From: the human T2T-CHM13v2.0 reference genome, Homo sapiens
Length of the DNA: 64,000 nucleotides
NCBI RefSeq assembly: GCF_009914755.1
Contig: NC_060927.1
Strand: one strand, 5' to 3'
In this document: in pieces, positions 62,571 to 64,000 of the stretch
Position numbering within the stretch: the first letter of the stretch is position 1
Layout of the letters: every line of letters begins with the position of its first letter
The notes under the pieces: model-generated
Told to the model about the DNA's origin: nothing
The model's database searches: none
The model's input: the letters and a program-made list of their open reading frames with translations, nothing else
Position numbers and translations under genes: made by a program

Positions 62571-63499
62571 TGTAATTAATATTTTTAAAGAGGGAAAATG
62601 AAAGAGAACAAAATAAGAAAATAAAGGAGAGAGAGTTGGGGGAAGAGCGAATGAAAGTTAAAACTGGAAGTAGAGAGAGGAGGGGAGGGGAAGGGACGAA
62701 AGGGGTGGGAAGGGAACAGGTGCAGAAACACCTTGTGGTCCTCTCTCCTCCCAACTGCCAATCTCTCCCCAGTCCCCATCAGCCTGGGGCAGACAAGCAG
62801 AAATCCAAGGGCTCTGCAGGTTTCTCTCCCGTTAAGATTTCAATTCCTGTCCTGGTGCCTGCCTGCCCCCAGCCATGGCCTCCTTTGGAGCGCTTCATTC
62901 CCTTTATCAGAGAGGACCAGAAAGGACCTCAGCGCTGGCCCTGTGCCTGGCCCACTGATTGCCAATTGTTTCTGAAGGAGCATTTAACGGTGGGCTTTCC
63001 CTCTCCCAGAACTATTCTAGGAACGTCAATAGCTTCCGTTTGGGATAAAAATGCTGAATCCATTTTTTTCTCCTAAATAATGATATTGTGATTAGCTGCC
63101 ACTCTCATGGCAAGTAATGAGAGCACAGCGAGCGTTTGCTGCTTCTGGATTTCCTAAGATAGAGATGTGTGGATGCCATGAGCCTTAATGGGACAGCCAC
63201 TCCATGCTAGGTCTTGAGTGCACAAACTCCTTCCGCCTCTCAACACCTCTCTTGAGTATTCACGGCTGTGCCCATGCAAGAAAGGAAGAGACTGAGGCCC
63301 AGCTAGGAAGTCCTACAGGAACTGGGGCCTTCTGACTCCAAGGCCAGGATTCTTGCCTCTGGATTCCACTACCCACTACTCTTGGAAGGTGAAAATCCCA
63401 GAAAATGAATAAGGTCTCAGGGTAAGGCTCACTGGCAAAGCCCCATCAGGCATAAGCTACCTTTGCCGTGCCCACTCCTTTCCCACTGAAGGAGACGCA

Positions 63500-63950
63500 G
63501 TGTGCCACTCGTATCTCTAGACTTTACCTTTCCCAGCTGGTCTGGCCGACCTTCCACCACCATTGCCTGCACCTCTGTGCCTGGGGGCTTTTCTATAACC
63601 CCAGAAGGCTGTTGTGCCCAAGTGCTCGCTAGTCCAGAGACTGAGAAACCTGAGAAGCAGCCCTCAACTGATGGCTGGCAGGATCTGGTGTACAAATACC
63701 CCAGCTCCCTCTCTCCTTGAGTAGGATAATTCTGAGGTGCATGTGCTACGCTATTTCCTAGAGTTTCCTCCAGACAATTAAACTCTGGTTGCCCACCCCT
63801 GGTAGCTGGCTCAATCATACACCCTATATTGGCTGCCTTCCTTTCCCAATCTCACTTCCCTACCCAGGTTCTCTGCATCTCCCAAATAAACTGCCTGCAC
63901 TCAAGTCCTCATCTCAGGGTATGCTTCTGGGAAAGACCAAACAATAACCT
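63500..63950 (+). mobile_element. ERVL LTR16A-like solo LTR
   Basis: cagccctcaactgatggctggcagga...aaataccccagctccct...gataattctgaggtgcatgt...cccaaataaactgcctgcactcaagtcctcatctcaggg. Confidence 0.75.
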
Positions 63951-64000
63951 CCTTCAGAAGCTGAGATCCAGACACACTCTAACAGAAGCTTTGGTCACCA

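Overview
Primate (very probably human, 3p25.3) genomic DNA, not a microbial accessory region. Positions 1 to about 23.2 kb carry the 3' half of SLC6A11 (GABA transporter GAT-3) on the + strand: seven GT-AG coding exons (125, 113, 138, 103, 101, 171 and 153 nt; exons 8-14 by my recollection of the gene) that splice in frame into about 300 residues ending ...[10 protein letters not shown], followed by a 3' UTR of about 2.3 kb with ATTAAA signals. The remaining 41 kb is intergenic (SLC6A1/GAT-1 is expected just beyond the right edge, from general knowledge) and is dominated by ancient repeats (MIR, L2, L1M, MaLR/ERVL LTRs, hAT/Tigger MITEs) plus five Alus. None of the other ORFs in the six-frame track looks coding. 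I see no new gene system. The best leads are non-coding. (1) A 140-bp piece of the 3' UTR is copied into a MIR just past the poly(A) site, flanked by a 10-bp target-site-like duplication, with two more template-copy scars within 1 kb. (2) A divergent CTCF motif pair lies right after the gene. (3) A near-canonical REST/RE1 site, a palindromic RFX X-box and several homeodomain/POU/TALE motif clusters could form the regulatory landscape separating glial GAT-3 from neuronal GAT-1. Repeat family names and boundaries are recognised by eye and are approximate.
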